Shown piece after piece: positions 45,292 through 55,263 of a stretch of 64,000 bases of DNA. Source of the DNA: Candidatus Latescibacterota bacterium (lineage in GTDB: Bacteria > Latescibacterota > UBA2968 > UBA8231); NCBI GenBank assembly GCA_965203175.1, contig OZ241867.1, positions 5,984,001 to 6,048,000 on the forward strand, written 5' to 3'. A model generated the notes under the pieces. The model was not told the origin of the DNA. It saw nothing but the letters and a program-made list of their open reading frames with translations, and ran no database searches. The translations under genes were made by a program, and so were the position numbers. Position 1 is the first letter of the stretch. Every line of letters starts with the position of its first letter.

Positions 45292-46260
45292 TCAGGGAAA
45301 TTTGAGCACGACCTTCAGAGCTTGGTGCGGCTCGGGATCGTCAAAGGCCATGGCAAAGGCTTGCTGGATCTCGGCAAAGGGCAAGACGTGGCTGACGATC
45401 GGGGCCACGTCGATGCGCCCTTGGACGATCCAGTCGAGGGCCGGCCGGTAGTCGCGGTCGGGATTGGGGCCGATCGAGAAAATCAAGCGCAGCTCTTGAC
45501 GCAACAGGTCCAACATCCTGACCGTCACCAAGCCCTCGATGTGGTCTTTGTCCGGGACGCCAAAGCAGATCACCTCGGCGTTGCGGTAGCAGAGGTCCGG
45601 CACGAGGCCGAGGGTCTCGGGCACGCCCACGGCCTCAACTGCGAGACCGGCCATAGCACCGCCGGTGATCTCGGCAACCGCGGCGACCGGGTCTTGGGAT
45701 GCCGAGCAAATCGCATGCGTGGCCCCCATCTGGCGGCCCACCTCCAAGCGGTACGGTAGCGGATCAATCGCCATAATGCGGCGCGCGCCGAGGTTGCGCA
45801 GCACTGCGTTAAACAACAGCCCCACCGGACCTTGGCCGATCACCACCACATCGCGGTCAATGATGTTGCCCAGCTTGTAGAAACTGTGGATCACCGTGCC
45901 CAAAAGCTGGCTCATCAGCACCTTTTCCTCGGGCAGGTCGCCGGGCAGGCGGATGCAGCCACCGTCGTCTTTGGCCAAGACGTACTCCTGAAAAAGCCCG
46001 CGGTCAAATCCCCACAACAGCACCCGTTCCCCCTCTCGATAGCGGCCCGACGGGCAGACTTCAACCACGCCCATGCCTTCGTGCCCAGTGGCCCCAGGCG
46101 GCTGCGGATAGCGCTTGTGGGGGCCGCAAAACGGCGGCTTATCGCTGCCGCAAACCGCGACCCGCTCCATTTTCACCAGCATCTGGTCTCCGACCGGCTG
46201 GGGTTTGTCCGTCTCGATGATTTCCCACTGACGCGGGGCGACTAGTTGGGCCGCGCGCAT
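45292..46260 (-). CDS. Zn-binding dehydrogenase (MDR)
   Basis: Start MRAAQLV; VCGSD, GHEG, GQGPVG and EAVG. Confidence 0.85.
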   Translation of the reverse strand: MRAAQLVAPRQWEIIETDKPQPVGDQMLVKMERVAVCGSDKPPFCGPHKRYPQPPGATGHEGMGVVEVCPSGRYREGERVLLWGFDRGLFQEYVLAKDDGGCIRLPGDLPEEKVLMSQLLGTVIHSFYKLGNIIDRDVVVIGQGPVGLLFNAVLRNLGARRIMAIDPLPYRLEVGRQMGATHAICSASQDPVAAVAEITGGAMAGLAVEAVGVPETLGLVPDLCYRNAEVICFGVPDKDHIEGLVTVRMLDLLRQELRLIFSIGPNPDRDYRPALDWIVQGRIDVAPIVSHVLPFAEIQQAFAMAFDDPEPHQALKVVLKFP

Positions 46261-46286
46261 ACCTTCCCTTTCCATTTTATCATCTA

Positions 46287-47498
46287 TTAGTCGAAGAAAT
46301 CGGCGTCTTCCTCGCGCAAATAGCGCCGCGCTTCTTCGGCGATTAAATCGACGCCCATCCCGGGCGCGTCCCAAACGGCGATATGGCTATCGACCACAAT
46401 CGGGTCGGGCAAGCCCTCGACAATGTCGTACCACCACTCGGGCTGGCCGGTCGGATACTCAAAGGCAATGTAGTTTTGCGGCAGCGTCGCCGCGACTTGC
46501 ACCAAGGCCGCCAAACCCAACAGGCCGTCGAGCACGCCGTGGGGAGCCATGAGAATGCCGTGCATATCGGCGTATTCGGCCACCCATTTTAGCTCCGCAA
46601 TCCCGCCGATGTCGCAGGGGTCTGGGCCGATGATATCCACGGCGCGCTTCTCAATCAGATCCTGAAAATTGTGCCGCAAGTAGATCTGCTCACCCGTGTG
46701 GATCGGCGTTGAGGTGCTTTGCGTAACCTCGCGGTAGTGATCCGCCGACACGTAGGGAACGTAATCGCCGGTGAGCATGTCCTCTAGCCAAGCCACATTG
46801 AGGTCTTCAACCGCCCGCGCCAAGCGCAGCGCATCCGGCACGAGCATACCCGGGCCCAAGTCCAGCGCCAAGCCAACTTCGTCGCCGCACACTTCCTTCA
46901 TCGCGCGGATGCAATCGACGATGTAGTTGAGGCCGCGTTCACTCAAGGGGCCGCGATTGGCGTGAAACGGGCCAGCTTGGTGCGTGCCGTAAAAATGTTT
47001 GGGCGACTCAGTGATCCGCCCGCCGTGGAAGGCGAGGCCCTGCTTGATGATGCTAAACTTCTGCGGCGCGTCTATCATGCGCTGCATGTTGTCCGCGTAG
47101 TCCTCGGGTGGGCGGCCCTCCGCGGGCGAGTGGTCGCCCTCCATGGGGAAGCGCACCGCGCCATTGTACACCCGCACGCGGTCGCGGATTTTGCCGCCGA
47201 GCAGCTTGTACACGGGCGCACCCACGGCCTTGCCAGCAATGTCCCACAGCGCCATTTCAATCGCGCTGACCGCACTGCCCCAGGGCTTGAAGCTGCCCAA
47301 GCGCCGGATATTGAGCATCACCCGCTCGACGTCGGTCGGGTCCTGGCCGAGGATGCGGTCCTTGTAGAACAGCACGTGAGGCTTGAGGTAGGACTTGCTC
47401 GCCTCGACTTCCCCGAGGCCGTAGATGCCCTCGTCGGTATTGATGCGCACGACCGGGTTGTTGCCGATGACCGCGCATTTGAGATCCGTGATTTTCAT
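46287..47498 (-). CDS. Mandelate racemase/muconate lactonizing (acid-sugar dehydratase-like) enzyme
   Basis: TDEGIYGLGE, EMALWDIAGK, WLED, TGEQ, APH and PGMGV. Confidence 0.88.
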   Translation of the reverse strand: MKITDLKCAVIGNNPVVRINTDEGIYGLGEVEASKSYLKPHVLFYKDRILGQDPTDVERVMLNIRRLGSFKPWGSAVSAIEMALWDIAGKAVGAPVYKLLGGKIRDRVRVYNGAVRFPMEGDHSPAEGRPPEDYADNMQRMIDAPQKFSIIKQGLAFHGGRITESPKHFYGTHQAGPFHANRGPLSERGLNYIVDCIRAMKEVCGDEVGLALDLGPGMLVPDALRLARAVEDLNVAWLEDMLTGDYVPYVSADHYREVTQSTSTPIHTGEQIYLRHNFQDLIEKRAVDIIGPDPCDIGGIAELKWVAEYADMHGILMAPHGVLDGLLGLAALVQVAATLPQNYIAFEYPTGQPEWWYDIVEGLPDPIVVDSHIAVWDAPGMGVDLIAEEARRYLREEDADFFD

Positions 47499-47523
47499 AT
47501 TTTTCCCTTTTCGTTTCGCCGCC

Positions 47524-49275
47524 TTAATGATTCTGTCGAGACCGCGTCGAGGTCTTGACCGACCGGTGCGGCGGTCTGCTCTCGCCCATAGTCTCCATGG
47601 TCATGAGCTGGATGATGTCGCTGCTGGTGACCGCGCCCAAAAACTTTTCCGAATCCCTTTCCACGACGGGCATGACGGAAAGAGAACTCTCTGACATACG
47701 TTGCAGCACGTCTTCGACTTGCTCATCAGGCCAGGCCAATGGGGTTTGGCGGCGTACCACTGCGTCGAGCTGGGTCTCGCTCCAAGCGTCCTTAGGCAGG
47801 TAGCGGAGCATCTCCAGAGACACGATCCCGACCAGCGCTTCCTTATCTGCCACGACGTAGTGGGGCTGGTGCGGAACGATCCACTGCTCCGTGAAATCAC
47901 GCACTGTGACCGAAGACGCAGGATGCCGACGCGAGCGGTCCAGAATGTCATCAATTTTGATGTCTTCCAGTGCGAAGCGGACTATGCCCAACGGAATGTC
48001 GTCAAGTTGCGCTGGCAGGTCACTCCTGCGGCTGGCCCGGCTCACCGCGAAGTTGATCACCGACGGCATGAACAGAATGTAGCAGAACATGACCAGCACC
48101 AAGAATGAGAAAACCACCTCGTCAATGATTCCAGAATTCCACATAACCAGCAGCAGCGCGATTTCAGCCACTCCCTTACCCATCAGCCCGGTGGCCACGG
48201 CGTAGGGAACGGCGAGGCGGGACACGTAAGCGCCGATGAAAGCGCCAGTGAAGTTGCCGAGCAATGGGATCAGCGCCAATCCCGCCATGGCCCCCAGCGG
48301 CAAGGTTGCGAAGGTAAAGCTGAAGCTCAATCCGGCGGAAGCAAAGAACAGGGGCACGAAAAACCCCTCGGCCACGCTGCGAATCCCTGGGATGATCTCC
48401 CGCTGCACTTGGTAGGGAAGGCTCGACAGCGACGCCCCGAACAGTAAAGCACCCAGTGAGCCGTGGAGTCCCACTGCTTCCGCGCCGTACACTATCAGGA
48501 AGAGCATGCCAAGCAGCAAACCCAAGGAGAGTTGCGGCACCTGGATCACCCGCTGCAACAGCGCCACCAACGGCGGCAGCACCCGCGACGACAATACCCA
48601 GGTCACCACCGAAAAACCGGCAACCTTGCCCAGCAAAATCAGTATGCCGACAGGCGAAACTTGGTGGGCGTGTTCGCCGATGCTGAAACCGATCACCAGC
48701 AGGGCAATCAACTCGGCGATGATCACCACCGTGAAAATTTGCAATCCAACCGGCTGTTTCAGGTATCCGCCGTCCGTCAGCACTTTGGCCACGATGCCCA
48801 GACTGGTCATCGACAGCACGCCGGCCAACGCCAGCGACTCGGTGAAATTCAGTTTCAGTCCGAAATCGAAAACTAAATCCGTGGTGACCAGCAGCGAAAT
48901 GCTTAGTGACACGATCACGGACAGTACGGCCGCGAGGAAATAATGGCCTTTGAGGGACGACATGAAACTGGAAATATCCACTTCGTCCAGACCGATCAGG
49001 AAAAAAAATATGAACACCCCCAGCGCCAAAACCAACTCGAGGTGCAGCGAAGACTCAATCCACCAGACGCCGGTCAGTTCCATGACCGGCCCAAGAAACA
49101 TACCTGTCGCCGCATAGGCGATGATGGAGTTCAACCGCAGCCGGCGAAAAACGCCCTCGGCCAACTTGGCGACGATGATGAGCATCCCGAGAGTCAACAG
49201 CGATTGGTGCAGTTCATGCGCGTGCTCACCAAATCTGAACAGATCCACTATCTCTTGGAGCGAGAAGCCTTCCAT
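47524..49275 (-). CDS. Cation:proton antiporter (CPA) with C-terminal CBS pair
   Basis: About 12 hydrophobic segments with FLIGLD, TSLGI, LGALLFG, FFVPLFF and GKGVAE; the C-terminal two CBS repeats end in MPVVE...LGAVTSSD. The start is uncertain (49275, ORF open to 49365). Confidence 0.85.
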   Translation of the reverse strand: MEGFSLQEIVDLFRFGEHAHELHQSLLTLGMLIIVAKLAEGVFRRLRLNSIIAYAATGMFLGPVMELTGVWWIESSLHLELVLALGVFIFFFLIGLDEVDISSFMSSLKGHYFLAAVLSVIVSLSISLLVTTDLVFDFGLKLNFTESLALAGVLSMTSLGIVAKVLTDGGYLKQPVGLQIFTVVIIAELIALLVIGFSIGEHAHQVSPVGILILLGKVAGFSVVTWVLSSRVLPPLVALLQRVIQVPQLSLGLLLGMLFLIVYGAEAVGLHGSLGALLFGASLSSLPYQVQREIIPGIRSVAEGFFVPLFFASAGLSFSFTFATLPLGAMAGLALIPLLGNFTGAFIGAYVSRLAVPYAVATGLMGKGVAEIALLLVMWNSGIIDEVVFSFLVLVMFCYILFMPSVINFAVSRASRRSDLPAQLDDIPLGIVRFALEDIKIDDILDRSRRHPASSVTVRDFTEQWIVPHQPHYVVADKEALVGIVSLEMLRYLPKDAWSETQLDAVVRRQTPLAWPDEQVEDVLQRMSESSLSVMPVVERDSEKFLGAVTSSDIIQLMTMETMGESRPPHRSVKTSTRSRQNH

Positions 49276-49312
49276 GGTCTTGAGGGTCTCCGTAGGTGCC
49301 GTTTGGGGGTCT

Positions 49313-50590
49313 TTAGTACGGGCCTCTAAGTTTTTCGACCCCGTGGTACTTGCCGTCCCTACCAATCACGGTCAAGAACACGGCGTCGGAGCCCTGGTTA
49401 TCGTCCGGCCCGTATTTGAGCTGCATGCCGTCAATTTCTATGGTGCCGGCATCTCGCACCGCGTGGAGAAGGCACTCTCGACTCAGGTCGGGGCCGCAGG
49501 CTTTGAGACCGGCGACGGCCAGGCGTCCGGCCAGATAACCTTCCAACGAAACGAACCCGGGTTCCGCTTGGGGGTCGTACTCGGAGAGGGCGCTGTGGTA
49601 TCGAGCCACCACGGGGATGTTTTCGTCATCGGGGAGCGGAACTACTTGCGTAACGTACACGCCGGCCCCGTCGGGCCCCAACTCGTTCGCCAAAGCGTTG
49701 CTCCCCACAAAGGAGACCGTCATGAATACTGGGTCCAGCTCTCGCCGCACCAACTCTATGGTTTTGACCACCGGCTTGTAGGAGCCAATCATGATCACCG
49801 CTTGCGGATTGGCCGCGGTGATTTTGAGCGCGGCTCCCTTCACGGCGCGGGTGTTGCGTGGGTAATGCGAGGCCGCTACCGGCTCCAAGCCCCGGCGCTC
49901 CAGTGCCAATCGCGTGCCCTCCAGCCCGTTCAAGCCGAAGGAATCATCCTGATAGAGGACGGCAACGCGGGTGATCCCCAAATCCTCGGTGAGCCGCGCC
50001 ACCATCTCCTCGGTTTCCTGGTAGTACGATGCCCGGACGTTGAGCACATTGTCCAACTCCCGGTCGCGCAAGAACTCGGCCCCCGTGAACGGAGCCAAGA
50101 AGGGCACCCCGGCAGCCCGGGCCAGCGGTGATGCAGCGCGGGACGTGGGGGTGCCCACCGCTCCGATCAGCGCGAATACCTTTTCATTCTCAATCAACTG
50201 TTGCGTGTTGGAAGCGGCAAAGTCGGTTTCATAGCCGTCATCCAACGCCTTGAGCTTCAGTTCGCGGCCATGGACGCCCCCTTCCCGATTGGCCTCGTGG
50301 AATGCCGCCTCAATTCCCAGGCGCATCGCCTTGCCCAATTCCTGGGCCGGTCCGGTGAACGCGGCGGATTGACCAAAAAGGACGTGGTCGTCGGAAAACC
50401 CGGGGTCCTCGTGGCCTTCTTCCTGCGCCGTTGCCGGGTGCGGCGTATTCATTCCCCTTCCGCCGTCATTTGACTCGGGGGCATCCTGCCCGCCCAGACA
50501 GGCCATGCCAAAGGTCGCCAGCAGCAACCCTGCAATCATCACAAGGGGGGTTATCAAGTGAGAAACCAAACGCTGCGCCAGCTCCAGCAT
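49313..50590 (-). CDS. Type I periplasmic binding protein, paralog of 34119-35288, possibly a lipoprotein
   Basis: Same motif set (GQSAAFTGPAQELG, GAVGTPTSRAA, RASYYQETEE, DNQGSDAVFLTV); LLLATFGMAC is a possible lipobox. The start is uncertain. Confidence 0.85.
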   Translation of the reverse strand: MLELAQRLVSHLITPLVMIAGLLLATFGMACLGGQDAPESNDGGRGMNTPHPATAQEEGHEDPGFSDDHVLFGQSAAFTGPAQELGKAMRLGIEAAFHEANREGGVHGRELKLKALDDGYETDFAASNTQQLIENEKVFALIGAVGTPTSRAASPLARAAGVPFLAPFTGAEFLRDRELDNVLNVRASYYQETEEMVARLTEDLGITRVAVLYQDDSFGLNGLEGTRLALERRGLEPVAASHYPRNTRAVKGAALKITAANPQAVIMIGSYKPVVKTIELVRRELDPVFMTVSFVGSNALANELGPDGAGVYVTQVVPLPDDENIPVVARYHSALSEYDPQAEPGFVSLEGYLAGRLAVAGLKACGPDLSRECLLHAVRDAGTIEIDGMQLKYGPDDNQGSDAVFLTVIGRDGKYHGVEKLRGPY

Positions 50591-50675
50591 TGCGTTCTTC
50601 TCACTGGCAGATTGTGGAAGAGTAGCATTAGCGTCTTCTTCTGCGATGACAACGGCTGCCTGTAGTATAACCAAT

Positions 50676-53003
50676 CTACGTCAGATGTATAGGCGCGGAT
50701 TCAATTCGCAAGCGCAAGATGCTTTTCAATACCTGTTCGGGTGTGGCCGGCGCATGTAATTCAGGCCTGAGTTGGCCACCCCGCAGTGCGGCTATAGCGT
50801 CTTTCAGCGCGTGAAAAACCGATATGGCCAGCATGAAAGGAGGTTCACCCACTGCCTTGGAACGGTAGATCGTCTCCTCCCTGTTCCTGCCCCAGTCAAC
50901 CAGTTCAACATTGCATTCCAGCGGCCAGTCACTGCACACCGGTATCTTGTAGGTGGATGGGGAGTGCGTCATGAGGGCACCTGCAGTGTCCCACCAAAGT
51001 TCCTCACTGGTCAACCAGCCGGTTCCCTGCAGAAAACCGCCCTCCACCTGCCCCCTGTCGATGGCTGGATTTAATGATTCCCCGACATCGTGCAGGATAT
51101 CGACACGCAGTATTTTATGTTCGCCGGTCAAGGTATCCAGTAGCACCTCGGACACCGCAGCGCCGTAGGCAAAATAGAAAAACGGGCGGCCGCTCAGCGT
51201 TTTCTGGTCATAATTGACCCGGGGAGTACGGTAATAACCGGTGGAAGACAGGGAAATGCGCGCCAGGTAAGCCTGATTGGTCAATTCGGCAAATTTCACC
51301 AGATCACGGCCAACCTGCACACCTCCAGGAGTAAAGCGCACCTGCTCCGCCGGCACCCCGTAGTGTTGTGCTGCAAACTCAGTCAGACGCTGTTTGATCA
51401 CCAGGGCAGCTGCTCTGGCTGCCATGCCGTTGAGATCACTACTGGAAGAGGCGGCTGTCGCAGATGTATTCGGTACTTTTCCGGTATTGGCAGCGGTGCA
51501 TTTTATCCGTTCCCGGTCCACCTGGAACTCTTCGGCTATCACCTGGGAAACCTTGGTGTACAACCCCTGCCCCATCTCGGTGCCCCCATGGTTCAACATG
51601 ATGCTGCCGTCGCGGTAAACGTGCAACAAGGCACCGGCCTGGTTGTAGAAAGTTGCAGTAAACGAGATCCCAAATTTGACGGGAGTGAGCGCAATACCGC
51701 GTTTGAGTATTTCGCTGTCGTCGTTGAACGCTCTGACCTGCCGGCTTCTTTCCCTGTAACCGGATTTTTTCTCCAGTTCATCCACCAGTTCATGGATGAT
51801 GTTATCCTCCACGGTCATGCGGTATGGCGTCACGTTCCTGTCATTTTTTCCGTAGAAATTGATTTTCCGTACGTCAAGAGGGTCTTTATCGAGATGGCAG
51901 GCAATCTCGTCTATGACGTTTTCTATTCCCATCATCCCCTGGGGTCCGCCGAAACCCCGGAAGGCTACGTTTGACGCCTTGTGGGTCTTGCAACGGTGGG
52001 AAGTAATGCGCACATGTTCCAGGAAATAACAGTTGTCGCTGTGGAACATGGCCCGCACGTTAATGGGACCCGATAAATCGGCCGAGCGACCGGAATCCGA
52101 GGCCAGTTCTAGGTCTATGCCCTTTATCTTTCCGCGTTTATCAAAGCCTACCTGGTAATCGATACGGAAACCGTGCCGCTTGCCGGTAATCGTCATGTCA
52201 GCATCACGGTCCACGCGTAATTTTACCGGCCGGCCAGTCCTGTGCGCGCCCACTGCCGCAACCACCGCAAACAGGGCAGGCGTGGTCTCTTTGCCGCCGA
52301 ACCCCCCTCCCATGCGTCGGCATTCAACCACCACATCCTTGGAGGATTTACCCAGAGCGTGGGCAACTAGGTGTTGCACCTCCGTCGGGTGCTGGGTGGA
52401 AGCATAGACCACCATGGCGCCGTCCTCCTGTGGATGCGCCACGGCAATATGCCCTTCCAGGTAAAAATGGTCCTGTCCACCGACCCTCAAGCGGCCCTGC
52501 AATTGATTGGCCGCCCCGGCAATGGCCTGATCGGGCGTGCCGCGCACAATGGTCTGGGAGGGAAGCACAAAGGATCCCTGTGCCATGGCGCTGTCTATAT
52601 CCAGGATTGCCGGCAGTTCTTCATAGTCGATCCTGGCTCGGCGCGCAGCCCGGCGCGCGTTATTCACCGTATCGGCAAGTACGGCAAAGATGGATTGCCC
52701 CACGTATTCGACTAGGCCGTCGGCAAAAACCGGATCGTCAGCAAGTATGGGACCGTGGTTATTGGTGCCGGGAATATCCTGAGCGGTGATAATGGCCAAA
52801 ACACCGGGTGATGACCGAACTGCGGAGAAATCAATCTGCCTGATTCGGGCATGGGCCTTGGCGCTGTAGCCGATGGCAGCGTGCAGCAGGCCCCGGGGCT
52901 CAGGCTGATCATCCACATACTCGGCTTCCCCGCTCACGTGCAGGTGGGCGCTTTCATGGGGCAACGCCTTACTGATAGCGAAAAACTCTTTTTTATCAAT
53001 CAT
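50676..53003 (-). CDS. xdhB: Xanthine dehydrogenase molybdopterin-binding subunit
   Basis: HESAHLHVSGEA, GGQDHFYLE, RRMGGGFGGKE, AFRGFGGPQG and SKAVGEPP. Confidence 0.95.
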   Translation of the reverse strand: MIDKKEFFAISKALPHESAHLHVSGEAEYVDDQPEPRGLLHAAIGYSAKAHARIRQIDFSAVRSSPGVLAIITAQDIPGTNNHGPILADDPVFADGLVEYVGQSIFAVLADTVNNARRAARRARIDYEELPAILDIDSAMAQGSFVLPSQTIVRGTPDQAIAGAANQLQGRLRVGGQDHFYLEGHIAVAHPQEDGAMVVYASTQHPTEVQHLVAHALGKSSKDVVVECRRMGGGFGGKETTPALFAVVAAVGAHRTGRPVKLRVDRDADMTITGKRHGFRIDYQVGFDKRGKIKGIDLELASDSGRSADLSGPINVRAMFHSDNCYFLEHVRITSHRCKTHKASNVAFRGFGGPQGMMGIENVIDEIACHLDKDPLDVRKINFYGKNDRNVTPYRMTVEDNIIHELVDELEKKSGYRERSRQVRAFNDDSEILKRGIALTPVKFGISFTATFYNQAGALLHVYRDGSIMLNHGGTEMGQGLYTKVSQVIAEEFQVDRERIKCTAANTGKVPNTSATAASSSSDLNGMAARAAALVIKQRLTEFAAQHYGVPAEQVRFTPGGVQVGRDLVKFAELTNQAYLARISLSSTGYYRTPRVNYDQKTLSGRPFFYFAYGAAVSEVLLDTLTGEHKILRVDILHDVGESLNPAIDRGQVEGGFLQGTGWLTSEELWWDTAGALMTHSPSTYKIPVCSDWPLECNVELVDWGRNREETIYRSKAVGEPPFMLAISVFHALKDAIAALRGGQLRPELHAPATPEQVLKSILRLRIESAPIHLT

Positions 53004-53012
53004 ATTAAATAG

Positions 53013-54500
53013 TTATGCCCAGACCGAGGTCTCAACACCTGTTGTTTCAAGATAGAAACGTTTTAACAGGTTGCCGGCCACACGCCGGCGGTAACCAGAT
53101 GTAGCTCGCATATCAGTTAATGGTTGATAGTCCTCATCCATGGCCTTTATCGCCGCTTCGACGGTTGCTTCACTCCAGTTCCGCCCGTGCAATGCGGCTT
53201 CACAATGTCTCGCCCGTTGCGGGATTGCCGCCATGCCGCCGTAGCAAATGCGCGTATCAGCAACGACGTCCGACTCGAGGCGCAGGAAATAAGCGCCGCA
53301 GACTGCGGAAATGTCCTGGTCATAACGTTTGGCAATCTTGTAGGACCGGAAATGGTCTCCCGGGCCGTGCCGCAATGGGATCTGCACGGCTTGGACAAAC
53401 TCCGAATCCTGCAGGGCAGTCTTCCGGTAGCCCAGATAAAATTCATCCAGAGGCAGTCCGCGTCTCATGTCACCGCGCCGCAAGACCAGTACAGCCCCCA
53501 GGCTGATCAGTGCCGGCATCGTATCTCCGATTGGCGAGCCGTTGGCGATATTGCCACACAAGGTGCCGACATTGCGGATGGGTGGCGAAGCAAACCGGCG
53601 CATGATTTCGAACAGGTCGGGATAGTGTGTTTCCAAGACCGCAAATGCATCGGTGAGGCTGACCACGGCACCGATCTCAAGGCGGGTTTCGCTCTCATCG
53701 ATATAATCCAGTCCGCTGACCTGGCCGATGTAGATAATAACGGGGAGTTCACGGTATTCTTTGGTAACCCATAATCCCACGTCGGTACCGCCGGCCAGGA
53801 TGGTGGCGTCGGGGTAGCGCAGCAATAAATCCGCCAGTTCGGACAGGCTCGCGGGCGCAAAGTACATATCCCGTGCACCGACATGGGAATCATCGCTTAC
53901 CCCGATACGGGTGCTGTTCCGTACGGACAACTCTAGGGAAGCACCTGGGCGGATTTCCTCAAGGCGGTGTCCCAGTTCCTTTTCATCGACCAGGTCCTGT
54001 CCATAGTCGTGCATCCTGAGTGCCGCGCGGATGATGGGCTGGTAACCGGTACACCGGCAAAGGTTGCCCGACAGTGCGTCATCGATCTGCGCGCGTGTGG
54101 GCTTTGCGTTATTCCTGTACAAGGCGAACAGCGACATGACAAAACCGGGAGTACAGAAGCCGCACTGAGAACCGTGGCAGTCCACCATGGCCTGCTGTAC
54201 CGGGTGTAAACTGTTGTTGCTGACTTTCTTCAAACTTTCCACGGTGTACAACGCCTTGCCGTTCAAGGTGGGCAGGAACTGGATACAGGAATTGATGGAA
54301 CGAAAACGCACCCGTTGCGCGCCTCGTTCGGCAACGACGACGGTACAGGCACCGCAATCTCCCTCGGCGCAACCTTCCTTGGTGCCTGTGCGTTGTAAAT
54401 TCTCCCTCAGGTAATTCAATACCGTGGTCGTCGGTGCAGAGTTTGCAACTTCATGCACATGACCGTCCAGCAGGAAACGTATTGTCCCGTCCTCCTTCAT
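53013..54500 (-). CDS. xdhA: Xanthine dehydrogenase small subunit (2Fe-2S/FAD)
   Basis: GTKEGCAEGDCGAC, QCGFCTPG, GNLCRCTGY, AGGTD and KRYDQDIS; start MKEDG at 54500. Confidence 0.95.
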   Translation of the reverse strand: MKEDGTIRFLLDGHVHEVANSAPTTTVLNYLRENLQRTGTKEGCAEGDCGACTVVVAERGAQRVRFRSINSCIQFLPTLNGKALYTVESLKKVSNNSLHPVQQAMVDCHGSQCGFCTPGFVMSLFALYRNNAKPTRAQIDDALSGNLCRCTGYQPIIRAALRMHDYGQDLVDEKELGHRLEEIRPGASLELSVRNSTRIGVSDDSHVGARDMYFAPASLSELADLLLRYPDATILAGGTDVGLWVTKEYRELPVIIYIGQVSGLDYIDESETRLEIGAVVSLTDAFAVLETHYPDLFEIMRRFASPPIRNVGTLCGNIANGSPIGDTMPALISLGAVLVLRRGDMRRGLPLDEFYLGYRKTALQDSEFVQAVQIPLRHGPGDHFRSYKIAKRYDQDISAVCGAYFLRLESDVVADTRICYGGMAAIPQRARHCEAALHGRNWSEATVEAAIKAMDEDYQPLTDMRATSGYRRRVAGNLLKRFYLETTGVETSVWA

Positions 54501-54706
54501 ATTTTTCCTTTTTGTGCTCGATGGACCTGTCCGTGACCACATCTAGCTAATGGATTCTTTTAGCTGACAGGCATCATCGTAAGCTAAATAACCCAAGTCT
54601 CTCCAATCAAGGACGTTCGCTGACGGCGGGCCGACATCGCGTCGCTCTGCTGTCGCGTATTAGATTTGCTTGCTATTTTGAATAATCCACATAAAGGAGG
54701 TTGACC

Positions 54707-55243
54707 ATGATCCGATTCATTGACAAACCCATCATCGGCTTGGCGCTCGCATTGGCGGTGAGTTGCTTGGGATGCTCCGAAGACGAGCCAACCGCGTCTG
54801 AGGCCACTCAAGCCAGCACCGTCGTCAACCCCACGGAGGGCAACGAAGCCCAAGGGACGGTCGAGTTCACGCAGGAAGCCGGCGAGGTGCGAGTTATAGC
54901 CAACCTGACCGGGCTTACGGAAGGCGACCACGGATTCCACATCCACGAAAAGGGCGATTGCAGCGCAGCCGATGGCACATCAGCGGGCGGTCACTTCAAT
55001 CCCGAAAACAAAAACCACGGCGCACCAGATGCCGCGGAACGGCACGTCGGCGACCTTGGCAACATCACCGCCGACGCCTCTGGGCAAGCCACTTACAACC
55101 GCCTCGACACCCATCTCGAATTGGATGGTGCCAACAGCATCATCGGGCTCGCAGTCATCGTTCACGCCCTCCCGGATGATTTCTCACAACCCACTGGCGC
55201 GGCCGGTGCCCGCGTCGGCTGTGGAGTCATAGAGGGCAGATAA
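54707..55243 (+). CDS. sodC: Cu/Zn superoxide dismutase, lipoprotein
   Basis: HGFHIH, SAGGHFNP, HVGDLGN, VIVH and GARVGCGVI; CLGC lipobox; RBS AAAGGAGG. Confidence 0.95.
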   Translation: MIRFIDKPIIGLALALAVSCLGCSEDEPTASEATQASTVVNPTEGNEAQGTVEFTQEAGEVRVIANLTGLTEGDHGFHIHEKGDCSAADGTSAGGHFNPENKNHGAPDAAERHVGDLGNITADASGQATYNRLDTHLELDGANSIIGLAVIVHALPDDFSQPTGAAGARVGCGVIEGR

Positions 55244-55263
55244 GAGCGAAATTTATTGGGTAA

